Below are positions 1 through 10,426 of a DNA stretch of 32,000 bases, piece after piece (the stretch's first letter is position 1; each line of letters starts with the position of its first letter). The notes under the pieces are model-generated. The model made no database searches, was not told where the DNA came from, and saw nothing but the letters and a program-made list of their open reading frames with translations. Source of the stretch: Acholeplasma laidlawii PG-8A (lineage in GTDB: Bacteria > Bacillota_I > Bacilli_A > Acholeplasmatales > Acholeplasmataceae); NCBI RefSeq assembly GCF_000018785.1, contig NC_010163.1, positions 420,001 to 452,000 on the forward strand, in the 5' to 3' direction. Both the position numbers and the translations under genes were made by a program.

Positions 1-1083
1 TGATTCGGCTAGAATTCTAGTTGAGTTTGCTAAAGGTACTTCTTTACCACCGTCAAAGAAGAAGGTAACGTGGGGGTATTTTTCAGTCTCAGCTGCACGG
101 ATTTGTTTGAAACCATTTTTTTCAATAACTTCACCGTATAGATCATCAAAAGTTTGAAGTTCGAATGCTAAAGGACCTTTAACAGTTTCTTTATAATGCA
201 TCATAGATACTAAGAAGATATTCTTTGGTGCTTTAGAAACATTTAACATTGGTTTACCTTCTGTGTAAATTGTTTTAGCAGCACTTGGATTAGATAATGC
301 AGTGGCAATACGAATTGCTCTGTCAGGTCTAAAGTTTGCAAAGATGACAGCATCATCGTTTTCGATTAAACCTTTGTCGTTTACGATAAATGGTTTAATG
401 AATTCATCTTGAATACCACTCTTATAACTTGATTCAATACCGTCTAGTGCACTATTAAAGTGTGGGCCATCGCCTAATGTCATTGCATCAAATGCTAATT
501 GAACACGGTCCCAGTTGTTGTCTCTATCCATTGCATAGAATCTACCTGAAACTGTTGCTACATTAAAACCATAATCTACTAAAGTTTTAACGAAACCATA
601 ACCAGATTCTTGTGGCGTATCACGGCCATCAGTGAATACATGTAGGTAAGTTCTGTCTAAGATGTTTTGTTGTTTAGCAAAATCGTATAATGCTAAATAG
701 TGTCCCATTTGGGCATGTACACCACCATCAGAAACTAGACCCATAATGTGTAGTTTAGAATTATGTTTCTTAGCATGTGCTACTGCATCTAAAAATGCTT
801 GATTCTTAAAAAAGGAACCATCTTTAATAGCAACATTAATTCTAGAAAGTGATTGCCAAACAATACGTCCAGCACCTAGGTTTAAGTGACCTACTTCACT
901 ATTACCCATTTGACCTTCTGGTAATCCAACTGCCTCACCAGATGTTACTAGTGTGCTATTTGGATATTCTTTAAGTAAGTTGTCTAAATATGTTGTATCT
1001 GCAAGTGTTACAGAGTTTGAATCAGATGCTGGAGCTATACCAAGACCATCCATGATAATTAAAGCTGCAAATTTTTCTTTCAT
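1..1083 (-). CDS. gpmI: 2,3-bisphosphoglycerate-independent phosphoglycerate mutase. The N-terminal ~360 aa are present; the C-terminus runs off the left edge.
   Basis: Reverse-complement translation from ATG (rc of 1081-1083) reads MKEKFAALIIMDGLGIAPASDSNSVTLADTTYLDNLLKEYPNSTLVTSGEAVGLPEGQMGNSEVGHLNLGAGRIV..., the typical iPGM N-terminus. GAGGT RBS (rc of 1091-1095) lies 7 nt upstream. Absent from the ORF track because the frame is open at the window edge. Confidence 0.9.
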   Translation of the reverse strand, partial: MKEKFAALIIMDGLGIAPASDSNSVTLADTTYLDNLLKEYPNSTLVTSGEAVGLPEGQMGNSEVGHLNLGAGRIVWQSLSRINVAIKDGSFFKNQAFLDAVAHAKKHNSKLHIMGLVSDGGVHAQMGHYLALYDFAKQQNILDRTYLHVFTDGRDTPQESGYGFVKTLVDYGFNVATVSGRFYAMDRDNNWDRVQLAFDAMTLGDGPHFNSALDGIESSYKSGIQDEFIKPFIVNDKGLIENDDAVIFANFRPDRAIRIATALSNPSAAKTIYTEGKPMLNVSKAPKNIFLVSMMHYKETVKGPLAFELQTFDDLYGEVIEKNGFKQIRAAETEKYPHVTFFFDGGKEVPLANSTRILAES

Positions 1084-1305
1084 ATATATACCTCGTTTCT
1101 ATTTCATTAGTATTATACTATACTTTGTAAAACGTTTAATTATTTTATATATATGAAAGGGCATACATTTTAAAAATAAAAAAAATATGTTAAAAATGAG
1201 CATATCTTAGGTGTTAAAACATAATATGATTAGATTGAACAAATCCCATAATTAATATACTTAAACCCATATTTACATTTAGAAATGTTTTAAATTATCG
1301 TTTCT

Positions 1306-1335
1306 TTGGTATATATTTGTGTAAGATGATATAAT
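1306..1335 (+). promoter_or_regulatory. Sigma-70-type promoter for the ribU leader
   Basis: TTGGTA (1306-1311), 18-nt spacer, TATAAT (1330-1335) preceded by TG. The predicted TSS falls just before the riboswitch. Confidence 0.45.
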
Positions 1336-1344
1336 TTTTACGAA

Positions 1345-1475
1345 TCCAATTAAATCATCTTCGGGGCGAGGCGCAATTCCTCACCGGCAGTTAAAGTCTG
1401 CGAGCAAATTTTACATTTGCAGGATCCTGTGTAATTCAGGTACCGACAGTATAGTCTGGATGAGAGAAGAAAATT
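1345..1475 (+). promoter_or_regulatory. FMN riboswitch (RFN element)
   Basis: Conserved RFN core strings: TCTTCGGGGCGAGG..AATTCCTCACCGGCAGT...CTGCGAGC...GTACCGACAGTATAGTCTGGATGAGAGAAGA. It sits directly upstream of a riboflavin-transporter-like gene. Confidence 0.9.
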
Positions 1476-1496
1476 ATTCCTTTTTTAGGTATTTTT

Positions 1497-1534
1497 GGTT
1501 ACCCGAACTTTATTTTGTTGGGTAACTTTTTATT
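1497..1534 (+). terminator. Intrinsic terminator acting as the riboswitch expression platform
   Basis: GGTTACCCGAAC ... GTTGGGTAAC stem followed by TTTTTATTTATT, located between the RFN aptamer and the ribU RBS (AAGGAGG). Confidence 0.75.
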
Positions 1535-1552
1535 TATTAAGGAGGTTGCCAC

Positions 1553-2281
1553 ATGCAACAAATTATAGAGTTTCTACAAAACAATATGCAAATTATAGAG
1601 ATAAGTTTAATTACTATCTTTGCGATTGCATTAATCATCTTATTTATCTTCGCTTTTAGAGTAGAAGGTAAAATCGAAAGTCATACTAAGAGAGTGAAAA
1701 AAATGGTTACCATATCCATTTTATCTGCTATCAGTGTGATACTTTATTATTTCATAAAGTTCCCGCTGGGCTGGATCATACCATTTATTCCACAATTTTT
1801 GGATATTCAATTCTCGGCAGTACCAATTTATATTGGTGGATTTATGTTTGGTCCAATTAGTGGTAGTATAATTGCTATTATTAGGTTCATTGTAAAATTA
1901 CCTGGATCCTCCACACTTGGTACAGGAGAATTAGCTGACTTACTTATTGGACTTGCTACTGTATTAGTATCTTCAATCATGTATCATAGAAATAAGACAA
2001 AAAAGACTGCAAAAAGAGCTTCAATTTCAATTGTATTTGTTTGGGTTATTGCAGCAGTTTTATCTAACTGGTTATTCATATTACCTTTCTATATGAATCT
2101 TTACGGTTTTGATGCTGTCTTAGGGATGTTAACAGTAATACCGGGTGTAAATGAACAAAATTATATGTTGTTATATATTTTATATGCAGTTATACCATTT
2201 AACATTGTTTTATCAGGTATGGTAAGTTTCTTGACATTTGTTTTATACAAACGTTTATCCATTGTTTACAAAAAGATTTAG
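1553..2281 (+). CDS. ribU: Riboflavin transporter, ECF S-component RibU/YpaA-like, with an extra N-terminal TM helix
   Basis: Polytopic membrane protein under the FMN riboswitch, with a strong AAGGAGG RBS 7 nt upstream of the ATG. The segment KRVKKMVTISILSAISVILYY resembles the usual RibU N-terminus, preceded by ~45 extra residues containing one TM segment. Confidence 0.75.
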   Translation: MQQIIEFLQNNMQIIEISLITIFAIALIILFIFAFRVEGKIESHTKRVKKMVTISILSAISVILYYFIKFPLGWIIPFIPQFLDIQFSAVPIYIGGFMFGPISGSIIAIIRFIVKLPGSSTLGTGELADLLIGLATVLVSSIMYHRNKTKKTAKRASISIVFVWVIAAVLSNWLFILPFYMNLYGFDAVLGMLTVIPGVNEQNYMLLYILYAVIPFNIVLSGMVSFLTFVLYKRLSIVYKKI

Positions 2282-2403
2282 TTAATTATTCTATAATTAG
2301 TGTAAGTATGCGTTTTCATTGCAAGATTACTTTCACTAAAGTTTTAATTATTGTATAATATAGGTGGAAAAATTCTATAAAAAATTTTATAAAGGAGAAT
2401 TAA

Positions 2404-3702
<1,299 letters not shown>

Positions 3703-3720
3703 GTTTAAAACCTTAAAAGA

Positions 3721-3752
3721 AAGTGCTGCAATTTATTTGCAGCACTTTTTAT
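3721..3752 (+). terminator. Intrinsic terminator of eno
   Basis: Perfect 10-bp stem AAGTGCTGCA / TGCAGCACTT with a 7-nt loop and a T-run. Confidence 0.85.
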
Positions 3753-3884
3753 TATGTTTTATAAGATAAATGATATATATTTCATATATAAAATCCATAT
3801 TCTTTCAGTGAGTGGCTGTTATCATGTTATAATATTTAGTGATAGACATTGAATTAAACATATACATTATGGGGGGGGAATCTT

Positions 3885-4253
3885 ATGAGAATAGCACTTA
3901 TCGCACACGATAAAAAGAAAGATTTAATGATTCAATTTACTAAAGATCATGAAGACTATTTATCAAACCATACATTATACGCAACCGGGACAACTGGTAC
4001 ACGTATTATGGAACACACAAAACTTAAAGTTAATTTAAAGAAATCAGGTCCACTCGGTGGTGACCAAGAAATTGGTTCAATGATCGCTAATGGTAAACTC
4101 GATTTAGTATTTTTCTTTAGAGACCCATTAACTGCTCAACCACATGAACCTGATGTATCTGCACTATTAAGACTTTGTGATGTTTATGATGTTCCACTAG
4201 CAACAAACAATGCTGCTGCGGACTTGTTTATCAAACACTTAAAAGGGAAGTAA
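3885..4253 (+). CDS. mgsA: Methylglyoxal synthase
   Basis: [15 protein letters not shown]...LYATGTTG...[10 protein letters not shown]...[32 protein letters not shown] is the canonical MGS sequence. Confidence 0.93.
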   Translation: MRIALIAHDKKKDLMIQFTKDHEDYLSNHTLYATGTTGTRIMEHTKLKVNLKKSGPLGGDQEIGSMIANGKLDLVFFFRDPLTAQPHEPDVSALLRLCDVYDVPLATNNAAADLFIKHLKGK

Positions 4254-4258
4254 TCTAT

Positions 4259-4894
4259 ATGAAACAAGAGTTCACACCTAAAGAACTCCAAAAGATGGAG
4301 CAACAAAGACGTAAAAAAAGAAATGTGAAAGACTTTATTAATAAGGATTATATTGATGAAAAAGGTGATGCCATTGTTGATGTAGTCATCAATGACCGCA
4401 GTCAACTATTTTCACCATATTCTAATAAGATGTTATTAAAAAATGAAATATTTACGTACTTAGATACAATCGCCGATCCGATACCTAATATTTATCCATT
4501 AGTGATTAATTTTATTGTTACAGACTTATCGACCATTAACCAAGAATATGTTAAAGAAGCTTTAAAAAGATATTACTGGTTTAGTTATAAGGCAATGGAA
4601 TCTAAACTAAAAAGAGATTTTATATTTATATTTGTTTATTTTATACTAGGTTTATTATTGATCATTGGTTTTAACTTGATTAATTTTAATGAACTAGGTA
4701 TAAATTCAACTTGGCAAAGTGTTATAGAAAGTGTAATTACTATCTTTGTATGGGTCATTGTATGGGAAGCTATTTCTCAACTCATTATTGGACGTAAAGA
4801 AAAAAAGGATGAAATGCTTAACGAAAAGCAAATGGCTCTAGCAGAAATTAAGTTTTATGAAAGTTTAAGTGATGCAGATACTAAAGTCAATTAA
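4259..4894 (+). CDS. Hypothetical membrane protein: basic N-terminus and two TM helices in the C-terminal half
   Basis: 211-aa ORF starting 5 nt after the mgsA stop. TM segments are FIFIFVYFILGLLLIIGFNLI and VITIFVWVIVWEAISQLII. I recognise no family. Confidence 0.6.
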   Translation: MKQEFTPKELQKMEQQRRKKRNVKDFINKDYIDEKGDAIVDVVINDRSQLFSPYSNKMLLKNEIFTYLDTIADPIPNIYPLVINFIVTDLSTINQEYVKEALKRYYWFSYKAMESKLKRDFIFIFVYFILGLLLIIGFNLINFNELGINSTWQSVIESVITIFVWVIVWEAISQLIIGRKEKKDEMLNEKQMALAEIKFYESLSDADTKVN

Positions 4895-4911
4895 GAAAAA
4901 CAAGAAAAGAG

Positions 4912-7110
4912 GTGTCTGACACCATGAATAAAGAATTCATTAAATGGTTTTATGACCAAAAAAGTATACAAGTAACTTATGAACTTGTAAAAGAAGTATA
5001 TAAAGAAAAAACAGATGAATTATTAGAAGCACATAAAGAATATTTTGATATTATTGATAACACACATATTCAATTAAAAAAGCGCTATGCATTAGGTAAA
5101 ATTACGATTAAAAGAACTATCGCTTTTTTAATGATGCCAGAAGGCGCAAAAGATATTGCTATTGATTTATTTGATTTAAATGGAGCAATGGAAAGTGATA
5201 TTGTACTTGCAGATATTGTAGGATACAATCCATACATTAAAGAGATTATTCACTCAAATCTAACTAAATTAATCGCAGACGTTAAAATACGTAGTGATAA
5301 GAAGATGAGATTTGATGCCAATGAAGCTCAGAATAAATTGATTATTGTAAAAGATGTACCAGATTACCTTGTAGATGGACATGTGGTGCTACTAGATGTA
5401 ACTGAGGTTACAAGAACTCAAATATTTACCAAATTTAGAGAAGTTATTGGTCATAAAAACGATCCTGACATGGAAATTGTTAAGATTGTTTATGAGTATG
5501 AATGGCCACTTAAATTTAGTAAAGAAGTATTAAATGAACTACATCATATTAAAATTGATCATGAATATGAACGTAAAACAAGAAGAGATATCACAGATAA
5601 ATTAGTTGTAACAATTGATGGTGCAGATGCTAAAGACTTAGATGATGCGATTAGTTTAGAATATTTAGAAAATGGTAACTTCAAATTAGGTGTTCATATT
5701 GCAGACGTCTCATACTTTGTAAAAGAAGGTAGTTATTTAAATGAGGCAGCTTATAACCGTGCAACATCTGTTTATTTAGCAGATAGAGTTATCCCTATGA
5801 TACCTCATGGTTTAAGTAATGATTTATGTAGTTTAAATCCAAACGAAGATAAATACACAATTACTTGTGAAATGGAATTAAACCCTGATATTGAAGTAGT
5901 TAACTATGATATTTATGCATCTATTATTCAAAGTAAACATCGTCTAACTTATCATGATGTCAATCAGTTGTTTAAAGAACATCAATCTACTGGTTTTAAG
6001 GAAGTAGATAAGATGTTATTTACAATGAATGAAATTGCTCAAAAGTTAAAACAAATCCGCACAAAACGTGGTGCGATAGATTTTAATTCTACAGAACTTA
6101 AATTTGTATTAGATGTTAATGGTGATGTTCTAGGTGTTGAAGAGCGTACCACAGATGAGGCGGAAGCACTCATTGAATCTTTCATGATTCTTGCAAATGA
6201 AACGGTCTCAAGACATTTCTTCTTTAATGATTTACCGGGTATCTACAGAGTGCATGAAAAGCCTACTTCTGAAAAATTAGATATTGCTTTTGAATCCAGT
6301 GCTAAACTTGGGTTTCGAGTTGATCAAAGTGCTAAATCAAGTGCTCAAAAACTTCAAAGATTAACCAAGAAAGTTGCCCAGACACCTTACGAATATATCA
6401 TTAACATGATTTTATTAAGAAGTATGCAAAAAGCAATCTACTCAGAAAAACCAATTGGTCACTTCGGTCTAGCTAGTGCATACTACTCACACTTTACATC
6501 ACCGATTAGAAGATATCCTGACCTTTTACTCCACCGTATGATTAGAGACTTAATGCTTAACAATCCGGATGCTGAAACTCTAAAAAAACTAAAGAAACAC
6601 TATAGAGATTTAATGCCTTCCTATTCAGAACATACATCTAATCAAGAACGTCAAGCTGTAAATATGGAAAGAGAAGTCAATAAATTAAAGAGCCGTCAAT
6701 ATATGGCACAATTTATCAATCAATCATTTGATGGACAAATTGTATCGATGATGCCAAGTGGTTTCTTTGTAAAATTAGAAAATGGTATTGAAGGTTTAGT
6801 AAATGTTAGAAACGTTAATCAATATTTAATCTATGATGATGAAGCACTCTTATTTTATACAGAACGTGGTAAAAGATACCGCTTAGGTGATAAAATTAGA
6901 GTGAAACTGATTAAAGTAGATGAAGTGGAAAATAATATCGACTTTACAATTGATCCACAAAATCACGCAGAAGACTATAAAGCACATAAAACAAGTACAT
7001 CTAAGGTCAAGCGTAAACCAAATCCTGCGGATATGGGTAAATCTAGAAAGACTAAATCGAAAGCGCCAAAAAGTGGTAAAAAAGGATTTGGACCTAAGAA
7101 AAACAGATAG
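4912..7110 (+). CDS. rnr: Ribonuclease R (3'-5' exoribonuclease, RNB family)
   Basis: RNB catalytic motifs DGADAKDLDDAISL and HFGLASAYYSHFTSPIRRYPDLLLHR, a C-terminal S1-like domain and a Lys-rich tail. The track start is GTG 4912; ATG 4924 is better spaced from the GAGGTG RBS (4909-4914) and may be the true start. Confidence 0.93.
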   Translation: MSDTMNKEFIKWFYDQKSIQVTYELVKEVYKEKTDELLEAHKEYFDIIDNTHIQLKKRYALGKITIKRTIAFLMMPEGAKDIAIDLFDLNGAMESDIVLADIVGYNPYIKEIIHSNLTKLIADVKIRSDKKMRFDANEAQNKLIIVKDVPDYLVDGHVVLLDVTEVTRTQIFTKFREVIGHKNDPDMEIVKIVYEYEWPLKFSKEVLNELHHIKIDHEYERKTRRDITDKLVVTIDGADAKDLDDAISLEYLENGNFKLGVHIADVSYFVKEGSYLNEAAYNRATSVYLADRVIPMIPHGLSNDLCSLNPNEDKYTITCEMELNPDIEVVNYDIYASIIQSKHRLTYHDVNQLFKEHQSTGFKEVDKMLFTMNEIAQKLKQIRTKRGAIDFNSTELKFVLDVNGDVLGVEERTTDEAEALIESFMILANETVSRHFFFNDLPGIYRVHEKPTSEKLDIAFESSAKLGFRVDQSAKSSAQKLQRLTKKVAQTPYEYIINMILLRSMQKAIYSEKPIGHFGLASAYYSHFTSPIRRYPDLLLHRMIRDLMLNNPDAETLKKLKKHYRDLMPSYSEHTSNQERQAVNMEREVNKLKSRQYMAQFINQSFDGQIVSMMPSGFFVKLENGIEGLVNVRNVNQYLIYDDEALLFYTERGKRYRLGDKIRVKLIKVDEVENNIDFTIDPQNHAEDYKAHKTSTSKVKRKPNPADMGKSRKTKSKAPKSGKKGFGPKKNR

Positions 7111-7128
7111 TACATAAAGGAATCTTAC

Positions 7129-7578
7129 ATGAAAATTATTACTCAAAATAAAAAAGCACATTTTGAATATTTTATTGAACAAAAATTCGTGGCTGGTATT
7201 AAACTTCAAGGTAGTGAAGTTAAAAGTATTAGAGCGGGCAAATGTTCAATTAATGAAGCCTATATCACATTTAGAAATGGAGAAGTTTTTATCTTAAACA
7301 TGCACATTGCAAAATTTGATGCATCCTCTATTTTTAATCATGAAGAAACGAGAACTAGAAAACTATTATTAAACAGAAGCGAAATTGATAAACTTATGGG
7401 CGCACAGACTAGAGATGGTATGACCATTATTCCTTTAACTGTAGAACTTCATGAAGGTTTAATTAAAGTAGTTATTGCACTTGCTAAGGGTAAAAAGTTG
7501 TTTGATAAACGTGAAACGATTAAAGAACGTGATATCAAACGTGAACAGCAACAATCACTTAAAGGGAAAATGAGATGA
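7129..7578 (+). CDS. smpB: SsrA-binding protein (trans-translation)
   Basis: NKKAHFEYFIEQKFVAGIKLQGSEVKSIR...RTRKLLLNRSEI is typical SmpB, in the conserved rnr-smpB order. Confidence 0.95.
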   Translation: MKIITQNKKAHFEYFIEQKFVAGIKLQGSEVKSIRAGKCSINEAYITFRNGEVFILNMHIAKFDASSIFNHEETRTRKLLLNRSEIDKLMGAQTRDGMTIIPLTVELHEGLIKVVIALAKGKKLFDKRETIKERDIKREQQQSLKGKMR

Positions 7579-8561
7579 ACCAAAAAATAAAAGTGGGATT
7601 AATGCTTGGTGGCGGTGGTGCAAAGGGTAGTTACCAACTAGGTGTCATCAAGGCATTAGAAGAATTAAATCTCTTAAAACACATTGATGCGATATCAGGT
7701 GTTTCAATAGGTGCAATCAACACACTTTTATTAATGAGCAAAAAAAGCCATAAAGAAATGGTGAAAATTTGGGATATCATGGACTCTGAAAATGTCTTTG
7801 GTACCAAACAATCTATCTTAAAAGAAAAAAGACTTTATGATTTTAGACCGGTCGCACAAAAGCTAATTGAAAGTGTCGATCTTAAACGCATTAAAAGATC
7901 TAAATATCAAGGTTTCGCAACTGCAGCACGTATTTATGATAAGGAATCATTTATTCATCAAATTAAAACAGATACTATGGAAAAGAAAGTATTTCATTTA
8001 AATGAAGAAGATGATCCGTTTATCTCGGTGATGGCCTCTTCTTCAATTCCGCTTGTATTTGGTCCGACAACCATTGGTGAACATAAATATGTAGATGGTG
8101 GTGTTATTGATAACTATCCAGTTCAACCATTAATTGAAGCAGGGTGTAACTTTATTTTTGCAATTGCATTAGATTACGGGTTTAACCCACATATTTATGA
8201 TAATTATGATATTACGATTGTTAACTTTACATCAACTTCTGCATTTGAATCGAATCGTTTAGCGGATATGCTAGATGTTGTGAAGTTTAATCTGGAGTTT
8301 AAAACTGAAAAAGAAGAACTTGGATACTATGTAGCTAAAACAATGATTTCAAAAATGATAGATGAACGCATGATTAAGCGTTCCTTTGGCTTTACATCCT
8401 TTATAAAAAAGACTGGGTTTAAAGTCTTAGAATTATCAAAATTTGAAGAGATGTTTGTAAAACATAAAAAAAATCAAGAACGAACTAAACTAAGAAAAAT
8501 GATTAAAGAAAATAAAAAGTTAAGAAAAAAATCAAAAGGGGTAGAACAAATCAATGAATGA
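7575..8561 (+). CDS. Patatin-like phospholipase with a Lys-rich C-terminal tail
   Basis: Oxyanion motif GGGGAKG, nucleophile elbow GVSIG (GxSxG) and catalytic Asp in VDGGVIDNYP. The start overlaps the smpB stop (ATGA). Confidence 0.85.
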   Translation: MNQKIKVGLMLGGGGAKGSYQLGVIKALEELNLLKHIDAISGVSIGAINTLLLMSKKSHKEMVKIWDIMDSENVFGTKQSILKEKRLYDFRPVAQKLIESVDLKRIKRSKYQGFATAARIYDKESFIHQIKTDTMEKKVFHLNEEDDPFISVMASSSIPLVFGPTTIGEHKYVDGGVIDNYPVQPLIEAGCNFIFAIALDYGFNPHIYDNYDITIVNFTSTSAFESNRLADMLDVVKFNLEFKTEKEELGYYVAKTMISKMIDERMIKRSFGFTSFIKKTGFKVLELSKFEEMFVKHKKNQERTKLRKMIKENKKLRKKSKGVEQINE

Positions 8562-9429
8562 GTTAGATATTATACGCTTTATACAAGGTATTAGAAATCC
8601 TTTTTTAGATACACTCATGGAACTCTTAACAGAGTTAGGTGATCAACTCGTATTTATTGCGATTGCATTAGTAATCTATTGGTTTTTTAATAAAAGGGTA
8701 GCATTTAAGCTCGTATTTGTATTTATTAGTAGTGCTATTATAAATGAACTATTAAAAGGAATTATCGCAAGAAATAGACCGTATGTTGAAGATCCATCCC
8801 TTGGTGTAGGTACCCTTACTCACGGCTATAGTTTCCCTTCAGGACATGCTCAAAATACAGGTGTGATTACAACGGTTTTATACCAAAATTATTCAAAGAA
8901 ATCGAACTGGTTAAAATGGGTATTACTGGCTGCATTAATTATTGTGCCATTTACCCGCATGTACTTGGGTCAACACTACTTAACAGATGTACTTGCAGGT
9001 TTAGCCTTAGGTATTGTTATAGCACTTGGTGTTTCTAAAATAGTGGATATGATGGACGATAAAGAACACTTATTTGGATTACTCATCACAATCCCATTAG
9101 TTGTTATCGTATTTATTGTTTCAACATTTAGACAATCATATGATGAACTTAAAAACCTATTTGTTGCAGTAGGTGGCTTAACTGGATTCTTTGTCGGTTA
9201 TGCAGTAGATAAACTATATATAAAATATAATGACTTACCAAAAGGCATTAAGATTTTATATAGAGCACTAATTGGTGCTTTAATTGTTGGTGTATTCTAT
9301 CTAGGATTAAGTTTCTTATTTGATATGATTGCAGTCGATAATTTATACTTAGATTTTGTTAGATACCTATTTGTAGGCTTTGGTGGTAGCGCAATTTCTA
9401 TGTTTGCATTTAAAAAGTTAAAGGTGTAA
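8554..9429 (+). CDS. PAP2-family membrane phosphatase (phosphatidic acid / undecaprenyl-PP phosphatase-like)
   Basis: Three PAP2 motifs: KGIIARNRPY, FPSGHAQ and TRMYLGQHYLTDV. Multiple TM helices. Overlaps the patatin gene by 8 nt. Confidence 0.85.
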   Translation: MNELDIIRFIQGIRNPFLDTLMELLTELGDQLVFIAIALVIYWFFNKRVAFKLVFVFISSAIINELLKGIIARNRPYVEDPSLGVGTLTHGYSFPSGHAQNTGVITTVLYQNYSKKSNWLKWVLLAALIIVPFTRMYLGQHYLTDVLAGLALGIVIALGVSKIVDMMDDKEHLFGLLITIPLVVIVFIVSTFRQSYDELKNLFVAVGGLTGFFVGYAVDKLYIKYNDLPKGIKILYRALIGALIVGVFYLGLSFLFDMIAVDNLYLDFVRYLFVGFGGSAISMFAFKKLKV

Positions 9430-9430
9430 T

Positions 9431-9844
9431 ATGGTATTTCATAAATCGTTTAAAGAGTTAACCAAAGAAGAACTTGTTGAAATATTTAAGCTAAGACAAA
9501 CTGTTTTTATGGTTGAACAAGAAATTATTGAAGTTGATATTGATGACCATGATCTTGTATGTGAACACTTGTTTATCAAAAAAGATGGAAAAATTGTTTC
9601 ATATGCGAGACTTATAGAAGAAAAAGAAGAACTTTATATTGGTAGAGTAGCAACTCTAAAAGAATATAGAAAAAGAGGTTTTACTACTGAAATCATTAAA
9701 TACTTACAAGAAAGACATGATGTACTTGCTGTAAGTAGTCAAGATATTAGAATAGATTTCTATAAGAAGTTAGATTTTAAAGTCGTTGGAAGAAAATATA
9801 AAGATGCAGGTATTTGGCATCAAAAAATGGTCTATATTAAGTAG
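9431..9844 (+). CDS. GNAT-family N-acetyltransferase (ElaA-like)
   Basis: 137 aa. The acetyl-CoA motif region is IGRVATLKEYRKRGFTTEII. Starts 1 nt after the PAP2 stop. Confidence 0.75.
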   Translation: MVFHKSFKELTKEELVEIFKLRQTVFMVEQEIIEVDIDDHDLVCEHLFIKKDGKIVSYARLIEEKEELYIGRVATLKEYRKRGFTTEIIKYLQERHDVLAVSSQDIRIDFYKKLDFKVVGRKYKDAGIWHQKMVYIK

Positions 9845-9858
9845 ACCATTTTTCACTT

Positions 9859-9935
9859 GTATCCGTAGCTTAACTGGATAAAGCATTCCCCTCCGAAGGG
9901 AAAGAGTGTCAGTTCAAACCTGATCGGATACACCA
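9859..9935 (+). tRNA. tRNA-Arg (anticodon CCG), CCA encoded
   Basis: Hand-folded cloverleaf. Acceptor stem GTATCCG/CGGATAC, D stem GCTT/AAGC, anticodon stem TTCCC/GGGAA with loop CTCCGAA (anticodon CCG), T arm GTCAG-TTCAAAC-CTGAT, and 3' ACCA. Length 77 nt. Confidence 0.9.
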
Positions 9936-9983
9936 TTATTTATTTAATTTTTGACTATTAATTAATATTTTAGAGGAATAAAA

Positions 9984-10355
9984 ATGGCTAAAAGAGTTTA
10001 TTTTGTACTGATGTTAACTTTACTAACACTTTTAATCTACTTAGTTTTTAAAATTAAGTTTATGTCATATACATCAATCGTTATCCTTACAGTAACTACA
10101 TTACTACTCGATATAGTATACACTTATAAAAATCCTAAATACAGTAAAGTATTGGTTATCTCTGATTTATTATCAATAGTGATATTTAGTGTATATATAG
10201 TATTTGCTATAAATGAAAATCCACCAGTAAATGCAGGTGATTTTTCATTATTACCAATCTTGTTATTTGTTGTATCACTTCCATTAATTATAACAACACA
10301 TCTGGCAATGAATATAAAAGTGATTTTAGACTCACAAAACAAGGTATCAAGTTGA
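9984..10355 (+). CDS. Hypothetical small membrane protein (about 4 TM helices)
   Basis: 123-aa ORF that is almost entirely hydrophobic helices. No recognisable family. Confidence 0.55.
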   Translation: MAKRVYFVLMLTLLTLLIYLVFKIKFMSYTSIVILTVTTLLLDIVYTYKNPKYSKVLVISDLLSIVIFSVYIVFAINENPPVNAGDFSLLPILLFVVSLPLIITTHLAMNIKVILDSQNKVSS

Positions 10356-10357
10356 AT

Positions 10358-10380
10358 TGACTTTGAAAAGTCGTTTTTTT
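10358..10380 (+). terminator. Weak intrinsic terminator
   Basis: Short GACT/AGTC stem followed by GTTTTTTT. An extended -10 (TGCTAAAAT, 10391-10399) follows. Confidence 0.35.
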
Positions 10381-10426
10381 GGCTCTAATGTGCTAAAATA
10401 GAACTATAAAATTTAGGGGTGACTAT

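Noticed and set aside
953-1156. 67-aa plus-strand ORF from the track
   Set aside because: It lies antisense within the gpmI coding region and its promoter. It is low-complexity and has no RBS. The minus strand clearly encodes gpmI.
7575-8561. Patatin gene as a CBASS-type or other defence effector
   Set aside because: No cyclase, sensor or other defence gene is adjacent. It is embedded in a housekeeping operon by overlapping start and stop codons. It is retained only as a low-interest operon observation.
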